64,000 nt of DNA from sequence record OP778610. One strand, given 5' to 3'. A program made the translations under genes and the position numbers. Shown here one piece after another: positions 17,643-26,753 of this stretch. The number at the start of each line of letters is the position of its first letter. Within the stretch, counting starts at the first letter, position 1. The stretch comes from Escherichia phage W70. A model generated the notes under the pieces. The model did not search any database. It saw only the letters and a program-made list of their open reading frames with translations, and had not been told where the DNA came from.

Positions 17643-18102
17643 CCAACCCTGGTTTCAGTTTTGGAAGATCTCTTATAAACTCAGGATAGAGGACATTAAC
17701 GAAGTCAATCTCATCATCTGTGGGTTTTTGAATATCTTCGAAATACTCGTCAAGATTGAATATCTGCCAATCCTTACACCCTGCCTTTCGGACACCCATG
17801 AAGATTTCATTGTTACAGGTAGCCATCCAGGAGATCCTAGATCCTTTACCATTCGCATTCGGCAATGTTGAAACACAGAAGCGTGGTACTTCCTGAACCT
17901 TAAAACCCTCGTCATAGTATCCACGACCACGTTGAAATTTAAACTTGGTCTTTCCCACTCTTTGACTAATCTTCATATCTCGGCGAAAGCTGTGGTCCCC
18001 CGTATAGATCAGTTGACGAAGACACTGAGTATATCTGATCTTTTTCCAATTCCAATCTCGAATGAGTATTTCATAGACTTCCTTAAATGCTTCATACGCC
18101 AT
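17599..18102 (-). CDS. hypothetical protein (167 aa), PTDDEI..LYPE motif family
   Basis: ORF; C-terminal KPTDDEIDFVNVLYPEF. Confidence 0.5.
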   Translation of the reverse strand: MAYEAFKEVYEILIRDWNWKKIRYTQCLRQLIYTGDHSFRRDMKISQRVGKTKFKFQRGRGYYDEGFKVQEVPRFCVSTLPNANGKGSRISWMATCNNEIFMGVRKAGCKDWQIFNLDEYFEDIQKPTDDEIDFVNVLYPEFIRDLPKLKPGLDEIHKELRWRFGGY

Positions 18103-18331
18103 CGGAGGATTCCTTATCTAGAGCACCAACAATCTCGAACTTTGCTACGCCTAAAACAACCACATGACCCAAGGATTGTACACCTGTCCACGGAGTACCA
18201 TTCCTCTTAGGTCGCTTACCAGTTACATCGCAGAAATCATTCCGCATTTCTGTTGCATCAAACAACTCGCCTTTCGGAAAAACATCTTTGAAGTCAGCGA
18301 TCACGTTAAGACATTTCAGTTTCATATTCAA
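18092..18331 (-). CDS. hypothetical protein (79 aa)
   Basis: ORF. Confidence 0.45.
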   Translation of the reverse strand: MNMKLKCLNVIADFKDVFPKGELFDATEMRNDFCDVTGKRPKRNGTPWTGVQSLGHVVVLGVAKFEIVGALDKESSDGV

Positions 18332-18668
18332 ACACTCCTCTCTCTAATCTTTGTTTGGCAAGTAACTCCCTTTGTGCTCTAAGTGGCATCCTGAAAAATA
18401 TCACAACATTCTCCAAATCCGCTGCCCGTTTTTTAAGCCCTTTGGTGAATTTACCTTCCCGCTTAATTGCATCATATATACCCCTGTACTCCTCTTCAAT
18501 GGAGTTGTCTTCAAATATCTGGTTGGATACCATACTATCAATCTCCATACCGAGAGCTTCAAAGCTATACCAGTCTACATGTTCTTCTGTAACAGGACCT
18601 CTTTCTTTGTACACTTGTCCAGTTATTTCATTAACTACGATCGTTGTCATTGGAGTATCTCCTTGCAT
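18306..18668 (-). CDS. hypothetical protein (120 aa), FFRMP family
   Basis: ORF; C-terminal FFRMPLRAQRELL shared with next gene. Confidence 0.45.
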   Translation of the reverse strand: MQGDTPMTTIVVNEITGQVYKERGPVTEEHVDWYSFEALGMEIDSMVSNQIFEDNSIEEEYRGIYDAIKREGKFTKGLKKRAADLENVVIFFRMPLRAQRELLAKQRLERGVFEYETEMS

Positions 18669-18975
18669 TATACGGCATCCTGAAAAAGTTTAAAAGGTTG
18701 TAGATAGCAGCAACCCTCTCTCTTACCTTTTCGTCAGAGAAACAATCAGGACCTTCGCTGCAAAGTTTAAAATCTATATCTTCCCACTCAGCGACCACAG
18801 ATTCGTCTTCGAAAACTCCCTTTTCAAACATCATTCGAATCTCCATCTCCATACCCTTGAAGATTGTAAAAGTAACATCTTCAGGATCAAGGTATGATAC
18901 ATTGTCTATAAAGAGGCCCCTTTCGGGATAAATGACCATATGCAAAATAATCCTCCTGTGTCCAATATAATCCAC
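18631..18975 (-). CDS. hypothetical protein (114 aa), FFRMP family
   Basis: ORF; C-terminal FFRMPYNARRY. Confidence 0.45.
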   Translation of the reverse strand: MDYIGHRRIILHMVIYPERGLFIDNVSYLDPEDVTFTIFKGMEMEIRMMFEKGVFEDESVVAEWEDIDFKLCSEGPDCFSDEKVRERVAAIYNLLNFFRMPYNARRYSNDNDRS

Positions 18976-19063
18976 CCAGAAGCGATTTTGACGAGGTTTT
19001 CTTAAGATAATGATAAATCACCTTACCTCGTCGTAGACCTCGTTAGAATCGTTCTGAGAGCGT

Positions 19064-19318
19064 TTAAGCCATACCGAGCAAATTCATCTCTTTTAACAGG
19101 CCTTCCAAGGTAGCATTAAACAACACTGGCTTACCTTCCTCCAGCTTATTGAAGAAGATTTCATGAGTCTCATTGTCTATCTTCGCCATCTCTTTTACCA
19201 CTTCTTCTGACAAAAAGATATCGCTACCTCTTAACCCAGGGAACATTAAGAGGATTGCCGTTTTTGAATCAGTTGCCCAACCCTTTCCACCATCCAGACT
19301 GAATACCTTGATCATCAT
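19064..19318 (-). CDS. hypothetical protein
   Basis: Start trimmed to ATG with GGAG RBS. Confidence 0.4.
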   Translation of the reverse strand: MMIKVFSLDGGKGWATDSKTAILLMFPGLRGSDIFLSEEVVKEMAKIDNETHEIFFNKLEEGKPVLFNATLEGLLKEMNLLGMA

Positions 19319-19319
19319 T

Positions 19320-19616
19320 TTACTCCAAATTAGCCAGTGCAGTTCGGACTTCAAGAAGAGTTGCCTCTCTTGACTCATTTCTTTCCGAGAAATCACGAAT
19401 TATCATCTTGTACTTCATTTCTTCTTCAGTACGGAGAATCTTCTGTTCGATCAACTTGTAAACTTTGTCCGCTCTTTCTGGAAACAACGCTGCAAAGAGA
19501 TTCCAGTCTTCCAATCGACCTTCGTAAGACTCTCCAGAGGTAAAGTACCGATCTCTTTCGATGCTGTCAACAAAATAATAACCGAATTCACCATAACGCC
19601 AAGTTTCATTTTTCAT
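19320..19616 (-). CDS. hypothetical protein (98 aa), YFTS..EDWN family
   Basis: ORF; paralogous to 19778..20017. Confidence 0.5.
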   Translation of the reverse strand: MKNETWRYGEFGYYFVDSIERDRYFTSGESYEGRLEDWNLFAALFPERADKVYKLIEQKILRTEEEMKYKMIIRDFSERNESREATLLEVRTALANLE

Positions 19617-19774
19617 TTGATGTACCGCGCCGCAGCAGTGCCGATAAGGAATCCAGCAGGAACTGCGACGATGATAGCTTCAACCATTTTCAGGTCCGCT
19701 GCAACACAAGCTGCACCAACAACAACAGAACCAGCCCAGATAGCAATTACACGTTTCAAAAATTTAGTATTCAT
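19613..19774 (-). CDS. hypothetical small membrane protein (53 aa)
   Basis: AGGAGA RBS; two hydrophobic segments; ATGA overlap with next gene; below ORF track cutoff. Confidence 0.4.
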   Translation of the reverse strand: MNTKFLKRVIAIWAGSVVVGAACVAADLKMVEAIIVAVPAGFLIGTAAARYIK

Positions 19775-19777
19775 TCG

Positions 19778-20017
19778 TTAGTCTCCTGATTTTGTTAAGT
19801 TTTCTTTTATTTTTACGTATTCAATTAAAGAGTTTGCAAGTTCACCATCGATTTTCTCACAAACCATTAGTATCTCTCTTACCTTTTCGGGATGAACAGA
19901 CTCATAAAAGTTCCAATCCTCTGTTCTTCCTTCTGGAGTTTTAGAAGTGAAGTATTCTTCTCTGTCTTGCTCCGGTAAGAGATAATATACAAGATTCAGC
20001 CTTTTATCGTCAAGCAC
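19778..20017 (-). CDS. hypothetical protein (79 aa), YFTS..EDWN family
   Basis: ORF; paralogous to 19320..19616. Confidence 0.5.
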   Translation of the reverse strand: MLDDKRLNLVYYLLPEQDREEYFTSKTPEGRTEDWNFYESVHPEKVREILMVCEKIDGELANSLIEYVKIKENLTKSGD

Positions 20018-20026
20018 TTTATCACC

Positions 20027-20401
20027 TTATTCGTAAAAAAGTTTATCCGCTTGCTCATTCAACCAACCCTGGCGAAAAGCCCCCTTGAGTACCTCTGCCC
20101 ACTTCGGATTTGCTGCCTCTAAGAGAAGAATTTCTTCTTTCTCTATGTTCATAGGATCAGCAAAGAAATCCAAAATCTGTTCATTAAATATACCCTCTAT
20201 CAAGATCCCTTTATATTTCAACGTCAAACGTTTTGTCATAAAACCTTGAGATAACAAAGCCTCCTCCACATCGAGTTTCGTAGTTGGAGGGTTTGGAAAA
20301 GGAAAGCCCGTCATAGGTGTTGGCGATGCACCTGTCTTCACAAAGGTATTCCCTCCAGTATTATTGAAGAAACCTTTCGCATTTTTATCATAAAGCGACA
20401 T
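20027..20401 (-). CDS. hypothetical protein (124 aa)
   Basis: ORF. Confidence 0.5.
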   Translation of the reverse strand: MSLYDKNAKGFFNNTGGNTFVKTGASPTPMTGFPFPNPPTTKLDVEEALLSQGFMTKRLTLKYKGILIEGIFNEQILDFFADPMNIEKEEILLLEAANPKWAEVLKGAFRQGWLNEQADKLFYE

Positions 20402-20404
20402 ATT

Positions 20405-20842
20405 TCATACCCCCTCTTGAATTTTTATCTCTGCCTCGTCCAAAGCTTCACCCATTGCAAGGATATACCTTGAAATTTCAGGAAACAACGCTTCAAACAT
20501 CTCTATCTCTTCTTCAAGTATATCCGTTGGATCGAGGAAATACTCTTCAAGGACTATCCGCTTTGTCCCACTCTTGTTGCCATAAGTAACAAAAACGAAA
20601 CGATCAGGTTTGCCAATAGAATCTTTGGAGGTTCTCCATTGGAAAAGATGCCTGTTTGAACTTATGTTTATCCTTTTGTCAGCCTTGTCCAGCGGGATTC
20701 TAAAACTTACGGATGTTGACATTCCTTCGGATTGAGTCCATTTTTCACTCTTCTTAAAAATATTGTTCCGGTATCTGTTTTTACCTAAGGCATTAAAAGT
20801 CCACTGCCTGCTCAATCTCTCGATTATCTCTTTAGTTTTCAA
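20405..20842 (-). CDS. hypothetical protein (145 aa), PTD..EE..F.ALFPE motif
   Basis: ORF; C-terminal DPTDILEEEIEMFEALFPE. Confidence 0.5.
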   Translation of the reverse strand: MKTKEIIERLSRQWTFNALGKNRYRNNIFKKSEKWTQSEGMSTSVSFRIPLDKADKRINISSNRHLFQWRTSKDSIGKPDRFVFVTYGNKSGTKRIVLEEYFLDPTDILEEEIEMFEALFPEISRYILAMGEALDEAEIKIQEGV

Positions 20843-21360
20843 AACGGTATGTCCTCGTCAACAATAAATTTTATAGCATTCTTTACAGCCGCTTTATTCA
20901 GATGTTGAACACGCTGGAAGAACATTAGGTTCAAGTCAAGAAGAATATCATCATCTCCGTACAACGCCGTGAAAAGATCAAGCTCTTCATCTGTCGGATG
21001 CGTGGGATTCTCAAATAAGCCCTCAAACACCACCTGGGCCTCATTTCTTTTAGCCAGCGTGGTTGAGTCTCGATAGATATTTAATACCGTGTGTACATCA
21101 TCTACGCTTAGGATTTTGACACATTCCAGATCTCCTGTGTCACCATCGAGATAAAGAGTGATCGCAGGAGTTGACCAATTTGATTCACTTATTGCATAAA
21201 CGTAGATGCTTTTGCGATTACCAACTGCAATAGACTCTTCAATTTTCTTTTCTGCCGCCTTAAAGAAAGGTTGGTGTTTGATCCAATGCTCCCAACCAAT
21301 CCAACGAGCACCCTTACCATACGCATTCAGCACATGATTCTCAATGTTACGTTTACTCAT
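20839..21360 (-). CDS. hypothetical protein (173 aa), PTDEEL motif
   Basis: ORF; HPTDEELDLFTALY. Confidence 0.5.
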   Translation of the reverse strand: MSKRNIENHVLNAYGKGARWIGWEHWIKHQPFFKAAEKKIEESIAVGNRKSIYVYAISESNWSTPAITLYLDGDTGDLECVKILSVDDVHTVLNIYRDSTTLAKRNEAQVVFEGLFENPTHPTDEELDLFTALYGDDDILLDLNLMFFQRVQHLNKAAVKNAIKFIVDEDIPF

Positions 21361-21369
21361 TTAAAACCC

Positions 21370-21410
21370 CCATAAAAGAAAAGCCAGCCACCTTTCGGTG
21401 ACTGGCCTAG
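21370..21410 (-). terminator. rho-independent terminator (minus strand)
   Basis: GCCAGTCACC-loop-GGTGGCTGGC hairpin plus T-run. Confidence 0.55.
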
Positions 21411-21412
21411 AG

Positions 21413-21880
21413 TTAGCTACTAATCACCACGAATGCAGTAACTATAGCATACAGAAATCCAATTGCAACAAAAATTATCATAATGGGGTCAGAGGTTACT
21501 CGCTTAAGTTTTCCTAAGAAAGTTGATCGGTATTTGTGTTCCTTCTCCATTTTGTTTATCAAAATGATGAAAGAGTTGATATGAATATCTTCAGCACTCT
21601 CTGCAAAAGGTGTGTACTTGAACGTACCTTCTGTATTTGCAACAAAGCTGCGATGATACTTTTTACCGTCATAACTTTCTATAAGAAGACCATCCTTTGT
21701 CACCCGATAACTGACTGAACGGAACTTGTCATAAAAAACGTATGCCCTGAATCCATCTTGATCGGGAACAGCCTTTCTGACGTAGCCGTCAAAAAACTCC
21801 AATCTCTTTCCAGAATTCAGTTCCAAGTTGTCAGCTAACATAGGGAGTTGACTTACGTATGTAAAGTACATAATGATCAT
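21413..21880 (-). CDS. hypothetical tail-anchored membrane protein (155 aa)
   Basis: C-terminal TM helix PIMIIFVAIGFLYAIVTAFVVISS. Confidence 0.5.
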   Translation of the reverse strand: MIIMYFTYVSQLPMLADNLELNSGKRLEFFDGYVRKAVPDQDGFRAYVFYDKFRSVSYRVTKDGLLIESYDGKKYHRSFVANTEGTFKYTPFAESAEDIHINSFIILINKMEKEHKYRSTFLGKLKRVTSDPIMIIFVAIGFLYAIVTAFVVISS

Positions 21881-22072
21881 CCTTCCACTAAGCTGAAATC
21901 ATTTTATCATATTATGAAAAAATACAACAGCGAAGATCGGTCATGAACACTATGTTGTTAATTTTTACAACAGGACTCCAAAAAAGTATTTAAATCACTT
22001 AAATCGATTTTAATACATAGAAAATACCTATGGACCAGATCTGACCCATAGGCTATACCTTAATGTGAAATT

Positions 22073-22651
22073 TTATTCATTTCCCCGATATTTTTGAATT
22101 GCGATCGAAGTCCTTGGTTCAGCCAGTCCAGTTCCATATGCATACCATTTGCCAGTGAGTGTTTTTCGAGCACCGTAGGACCCAATCTCCATGTCGTCAC
22201 AATAAACATCGTAACCGATCGGGGTCTTAACTAAAAAGAGTACATTACGAGGAATCCCTAAGAGGGTAAACATCGATATGGCATCTTTTGCGATCTCGTG
22301 AGAAATCTTCTCTGCATTCTTTTTACTGGTTGCACTTCTAAACAGTTCCATCTTTAAGAAGATATTGAAATGAATATCATCAAGAACCATCTCATCACGG
22401 AAGCATGGGGTCACAGCCATCCAACTGCCATCTTCCAACTTCCCTTCTTTGTCGAGTTGGAGGAATGATTGCTCTGCGGAAGCCACTGCATATTTCCCGT
22501 TCTGGACAATTCGAAGATCAGTAACATCTTCGGGGCATGTATGGTCCATAGCATCATCATCCACATAGCTTGGGACAACCTTATCATTGAAACCTTTACA
22601 TTTCCACCAACTGTGGGCATCAATAAACAATGTGAAGTCGATGTTTGACAT
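22073..22651 (-). CDS. hypothetical protein (192 aa)
   Basis: Start at ATG after AAGCGAGG RBS. Confidence 0.5.
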   Translation of the reverse strand: MSNIDFTLFIDAHSWWKCKGFNDKVVPSYVDDDAMDHTCPEDVTDLRIVQNGKYAVASAEQSFLQLDKEGKLEDGSWMAVTPCFRDEMVLDDIHFNIFLKMELFRSATSKKNAEKISHEIAKDAISMFTLLGIPRNVLFLVKTPIGYDVYCDDMEIGSYGARKTLTGKWYAYGTGLAEPRTSIAIQKYRGNE

Positions 22652-22652
22652 T

Positions 22653-23156
22653 TTAGCCTCGCTTACCATTCTGGAATGCACGTTTAGTAATTTTTGACAT
22701 AACCATCAGGTCTTCTATTGAAGTGCTTGGATGATACTTATTCAGGTAGGCTTCCATAGCACCGACCAGATCAGAAAGCTCTACCAACTCCATGATCTTA
22801 CATTTTTGTTTAGCTGCATCCTTGAGTTCATCAAGTTCTTCTTGAATCTTAGTGATCTCTCCAAGCTCTCCGCGAGGGAAAGTATCCAGATGATAACCAG
22901 GTTTTTGTTCTTCAATACCCTCATGTCCGACAACACGAAATTTTCCGGCAGCGAAACGCCAAACACCTTCAAAATACACAATGTAATGTTCCGACTCTAC
23001 AATGAAGATAGTGTCGAAATTTTTAAATTTAAAAAATCCTTCGACAAGATTATCTTCTGTACTGAAACTTCCTAAGAAGTTGAGTTCTTGCTCCGTATGA
23101 AATTCCATAACCATATTTTCGTTCTGGAGTTTCGTCAGCAATTTTAAAATTTTCAT
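22653..23156 (-). CDS. putative MazG-like NTP pyrophosphohydrolase (T4 gp56-like size)
   Basis: GAGGAG RBS; C-terminal ELGEITKIQEELDELKD..ELVELSDLVGA resembles MazG EExxE/D motifs. Confidence 0.4.
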   Translation of the reverse strand: MKILKLLTKLQNENMVMEFHTEQELNFLGSFSTEDNLVEGFFKFKNFDTIFIVESEHYIVYFEGVWRFAAGKFRVVGHEGIEEQKPGYHLDTFPRGELGEITKIQEELDELKDAAKQKCKIMELVELSDLVGAMEAYLNKYHPSTSIEDLMVMSKITKRAFQNGKRG

Positions 23157-23167
23157 TTTCTCTCCTC

Positions 23168-23656
23168 TTATGGGCAACACCGTGGAGATCTTCCACAGAA
23201 GAATTGCCAATTGGTTTCTGAGTCTTTGTAATTTACAAACCCTATCCTTCCGCACCCTTGTCCACTACAAACAGCCTCACGAGGATGATAGTCTATACTA
23301 CAAGAGTGTGGATGGTCAAATGCTTCTCGTATTTCAACACATAGTCGGCTTAACCAGGCGAACATTTTTGGCATAGAAGCCTCAAGAAGTTTAAGTTCGT
23401 CGATCGTAGGTTTGTCTTTCTCAAGGAAGAAGTCATCTATCTCGGAAAACAAAATAACGTTTTGAACTATCCCGTCAGTTACCTTGTAAGAGAACTCCTC
23501 AGTAAGCCTCACGGTAACTTCCTCTATCAGTTCTTTTTCATTATCTTGATCTTTTGCCAGTCTTTCCTCAATCCATCGGATAATGAAGAATCTTTCTCTC
23601 TGAACATCCATGTTCAAAGTGTTGATTATTTTTTCATAGATTAGGTTTCCTTCCAT
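23168..23656 (-). CDS. hypothetical Cys-rich protein (162 aa)
   Basis: ORF; KPTIDELKLLEASMP motif; C-terminal Cys cluster. Confidence 0.45.
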   Translation of the reverse strand: MEGNLIYEKIINTLNMDVQRERFFIIRWIEERLAKDQDNEKELIEEVTVRLTEEFSYKVTDGIVQNVILFSEIDDFFLEKDKPTIDELKLLEASMPKMFAWLSRLCVEIREAFDHPHSCSIDYHPREAVCSGQGCGRIGFVNYKDSETNWQFFCGRSPRCCP

Positions 23657-24768
23657 ACCTTGTCTTGTGCCTCCAGGATAAGTTTTTCAACAATCTTCAG
23701 ATCTGTTTTCTTTGGTAAGCTCGATTGCTTATAAAGAACATCTGTGATCATTTTATCTTTTTCTTCAGCCCAGTCAACAATTTCTTCATAGCGGTATTCA
23801 CCATTTCGGATTGCGAGGAGTTCTTCAGCGTCTGGTCGATTCACTAAAACTTTACCTTCTGTGAGGATTTCTTCACCCATCCGAAGAAGCCGGACCAAAT
23901 GCATAGCATGTTTAGTGTCGTAACCGAACTTCTCTTCCAGTTCATGACGCTTCTCGTTACGATTCTTAACCCATTCCCAATAGTTGTGGTGTTTCTCCTT
24001 GGCCCATTTATGATCGTCAGCACAATACTTAACAATCATCAGTGTCTTACCTCTTTTAACTTCATCTGGGATTTCTTCATAGTCCAGCTTACGGATAGAA
24101 CCATCTTTGTTAAACATAGGTTCAACATTTTCACGACGATCCTCTACAACGCCGTAAATGTTACTGCCGTAATGAACCAAAGTACAGAAGCCTTCCATGT
24201 TTTTAAATTTACGAACAAAGTCTTCGTACTTCAACTCACCTTCTCCGAGATAGCTCTGCACCAGACGGAAATAGTCAAATTGAGTTGGTGGCTCTTTTGG
24301 TTGCGGATTATTAATGTGTTTGTTGTGACCCTTGATCCGCTTTAACTGAGACATTGCATAACCACTGAAGCGAAATGCAACTTCACGAGACAGTAAGGAG
24401 TAGAAATGTTCTTTCATCTCTTTCCAAGCTTCGTGCTCGTACAATGTGGCTTTCGGATCAGTAAAACCCAGTTCAATGATATTTGGGTTCATCTTCGAAA
24501 ACAGTTGAAGGAAAGTTCCCAATTCGTAGATCTTAGCATCCTCTTCACCAGGGATGTTTAATTCAGTAACCTCTTTGAATGGGGTACGAACCACATTTGG
24601 GGTTGCAACAAAAACCCCACGGATATCAATATCACTACCTTCGTTATTCGTACCATACGCATGAGATCCTGCCAGACTCAACATCAGTACCTTCGCCACG
24701 TCTGGATGATTTTCCATCTTCTCTACGATACTTTTTACCTTTCCAGCACTCACAACTGAATTTTCCAT
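23641..24768 (-). CDS. Pol-beta superfamily nucleotidyltransferase (375 aa)
   Basis: GS-x11-DIDI motif (LSLAGSHAYGTNNEGSDIDIRGVF). Confidence 0.6.
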   Translation of the reverse strand: MENSVVSAGKVKSIVEKMENHPDVAKVLMLSLAGSHAYGTNNEGSDIDIRGVFVATPNVVRTPFKEVTELNIPGEEDAKIYELGTFLQLFSKMNPNIIELGFTDPKATLYEHEAWKEMKEHFYSLLSREVAFRFSGYAMSQLKRIKGHNKHINNPQPKEPPTQFDYFRLVQSYLGEGELKYEDFVRKFKNMEGFCTLVHYGSNIYGVVEDRRENVEPMFNKDGSIRKLDYEEIPDEVKRGKTLMIVKYCADDHKWAKEKHHNYWEWVKNRNEKRHELEEKFGYDTKHAMHLVRLLRMGEEILTEGKVLVNRPDAEELLAIRNGEYRYEEIVDWAEEKDKMITDVLYKQSSLPKKTDLKIVEKLILEAQDKVWKET

Positions 24769-24858
24769 TTATCCTCCAATCATGTAAGTCACACAAGCCA
24801 ACCCAGTTGGCCTGTTTAATCTTTATAAAGTTTACGCAGCTTGTGCAGTCTTTTTTAT

Positions 24859-25254
24859 TTATAGGCATTTCACACCATAAATGATCATCAATACAACAAG
24901 TGTCAGTGTATAGATCAAACTCCCATAAAGTCCATGACTGGTGATTTTAAGCTTTTTCTTAAAGCACATCATTGTACTATAAATTACACCAGTCCAGTGA
25001 ATCACTAAAATCGCGGTGGCAATATCTGAAACATTACCCGCCCAAAGCATCAGAGAGTATGAGAGGTACATTGCAAAACCTGATAGCAGGAATGTAAACA
25101 AATAACCAATTACACTTTTCTTTTTCTGATATACGATTTTATTTTTCATGGTATCGATGTTCAGATTGTAATAGGCAACTGCCACTATCTGGATAATCAG
25201 CCCCAAGATAAAGAAAGAGATCAGTGTAACGTATTCAAAAATTGGTGCAGTCAT
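24859..25254 (-). CDS. hypothetical integral membrane protein (4 predicted TM)
   Basis: Four hydrophobic helices. Confidence 0.5.
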   Translation of the reverse strand: MTAPIFEYVTLISFFILGLIIQIVAVAYYNLNIDTMKNKIVYQKKKSVIGYLFTFLLSGFAMYLSYSLMLWAGNVSDIATAILVIHWTGVIYSTMMCFKKKLKITSHGLYGSLIYTLTLVVLMIIYGVKCL

Positions 25255-25652
25255 TATAATTTCTCCTCAATAATTTCAGAAATGAGATTCGAGATCTCGA
25301 AAGTTTCTAACTCTTCGACGTGTGACAAGCGCTGGAGGCGCTCGATAACAAAGTCTTTCTTCACAAATACATCCGACAAATGCTCAATGTCCTGCTTACC
25401 ACGCATTCCGCTAACCAACTGCTTGTATCGGATGAGTTCAATATACTCCTCTTTAGACATTACTGTCAAGCGTTCATCTGCACAAATATGCAAAAATACT
25501 TGCTTGCTGTCCCAGTCAAATCCTCTGTACACTGCCTCTACTTCACGGCGTGGTGTCCCGCCCAGTGTTACATGACCAACCTCAACAGGGATAGATACCT
25601 GATCATCAGGTCGGCACTGCTGCAACTCCTCAATCAATTCAGAAACTTTCAT
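25254..25652 (-). CDS. hypothetical protein (132 aa)
   Basis: ORF. Confidence 0.5.
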   Translation of the reverse strand: MKVSELIEELQQCRPDDQVSIPVEVGHVTLGGTPRREVEAVYRGFDWDSKQVFLHICADERLTVMSKEEYIELIRYKQLVSGMRGKQDIEHLSDVFVKKDFVIERLQRLSHVEELETFEISNLISEIIEEKL

Positions 25653-25654
25653 AG

Positions 25655-26110
25655 TTACCCCTGCTTAAGCTTGAAAGATTTAAATGCTTCGATAAAGTCC
25701 ATTTCTTTTTGCGTATACTTATGATCGATTGTATCAGCGAAAAGAGGGCAACGACCATCAACCAACTTCACATCCCACAGATGTTGAGGGAGAATAAATG
25801 CAATGGCTGTAAGTGCACCATTCAAAGAATCATTCTCCTCGCAGAAAAATGCGTAAGGAATCTTCTCTATGTTTGGAGCTAAAAATCCTTCTGCAAAATT
25901 AAGCATCTTAGATTGATAGCCTCCGTTCAACAAGATCATTGTTTGGTCTTTGCTTTGCCACTGATCTACAAGGTTGTATCTGTCATCATATCGATCGGCA
26001 TAGGCAAAGCCATAATGACCTACAAGGTTTGCTGCTGCATGTGCTGCTTGGATACCTGCTTGGATTCCCATCATATAGCTGTTTACCAATACGTACATCC
26101 GAGTTTTCAA
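25655..26110 (-). CDS. hypothetical protein, possible Pth2-like peptidyl-tRNA hydrolase fold
   Basis: N-terminal MYVLVN..MGIQAGIQAAHAAANL resembles the Pth2 MGKGKxAAQxxHA region (recalled, weak). Confidence 0.35.
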   Translation of the reverse strand: MKTRMYVLVNSYMMGIQAGIQAAHAAANLVGHYGFAYADRYDDRYNLVDQWQSKDQTMILLNGGYQSKMLNFAEGFLAPNIEKIPYAFFCEENDSLNGALTAIAFILPQHLWDVKLVDGRCPLFADTIDHKYTQKEMDFIEAFKSFKLKQG

Positions 26111-26427
26111 TTCTTACCTCCGAAAATTCTTTTTGCAAATTTTTCATTACCTAACGTCATGTTGTAGAAAACTATAATTGAATAGACAATCCACGCAAGG
26201 ACATAAAATAAAATCAAGAAAGGCCAGCCCACAAACCAAAACACTGTCATTATTAACCAGCCCGTCATAAGGAGTTTATAATTAACATTCCCGTGATTTA
26301 AAGGGTCAAGTAAGTTACTGTTCTCTGGCAGGGTGATACGAAACCCACCTTGACGAAGCTTGATCAAAAAGAACCAAGCAGCAGAACTTATAATGCAACA
26401 TAAAATATATATCAGTAATCCTGTCAT
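26107..26427 (-). CDS. small membrane protein, tandem paralogue A (106 aa)
   Basis: Shares FLIKLRQ.GF.I..P and three TM helices with the next gene. Confidence 0.5.
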   Translation of the reverse strand: MTGLLIYILCCIISSAAWFFLIKLRQGGFRITLPENSNLLDPLNHGNVNYKLLMTGWLIMTVFWFVGWPFLILFYVLAWIVYSIIVFYNMTLGNEKFAKRIFGGKN

Positions 26428-26753
26428 TTTTTAACTCCGAAGATCTTAGATAGTAATTTATCATTCCCGATAGTTACACCACAAAAACTTTTTACTCCGT
26501 ATACTAGATACGACCCGATTGTAACACAGATAATGATCGGATAAACAAGATACCAAAAGAATGTTGCAAGTATCCACCCTGCCATCACCATACGTAAATT
26601 TACATTTTCGTTATTCAGTGGCTCCAGGATATAAATATCCTCACAATCTTTTGGGAAGGGGATGTTGAACCCCTTCTGCCGTAATTTGATCAGTAAGAAC
26701 CAAAGTGGGCAACTAATAAGACAACCTATTAAATAACCTTCAACCATTTTCAC
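26424..26753 (-). CDS. small membrane protein, tandem paralogue B (109 aa)
   Basis: Paralogue of 26107..26427. Confidence 0.5.
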   Translation of the reverse strand: MKMVEGYLIGCLISCPLWFLLIKLRQKGFNIPFPKDCEDIYILEPLNNENVNLRMVMAGWILATFFWYLVYPIIICVTIGSYLVYGVKSFCGVTIGNDKLLSKIFGVKK

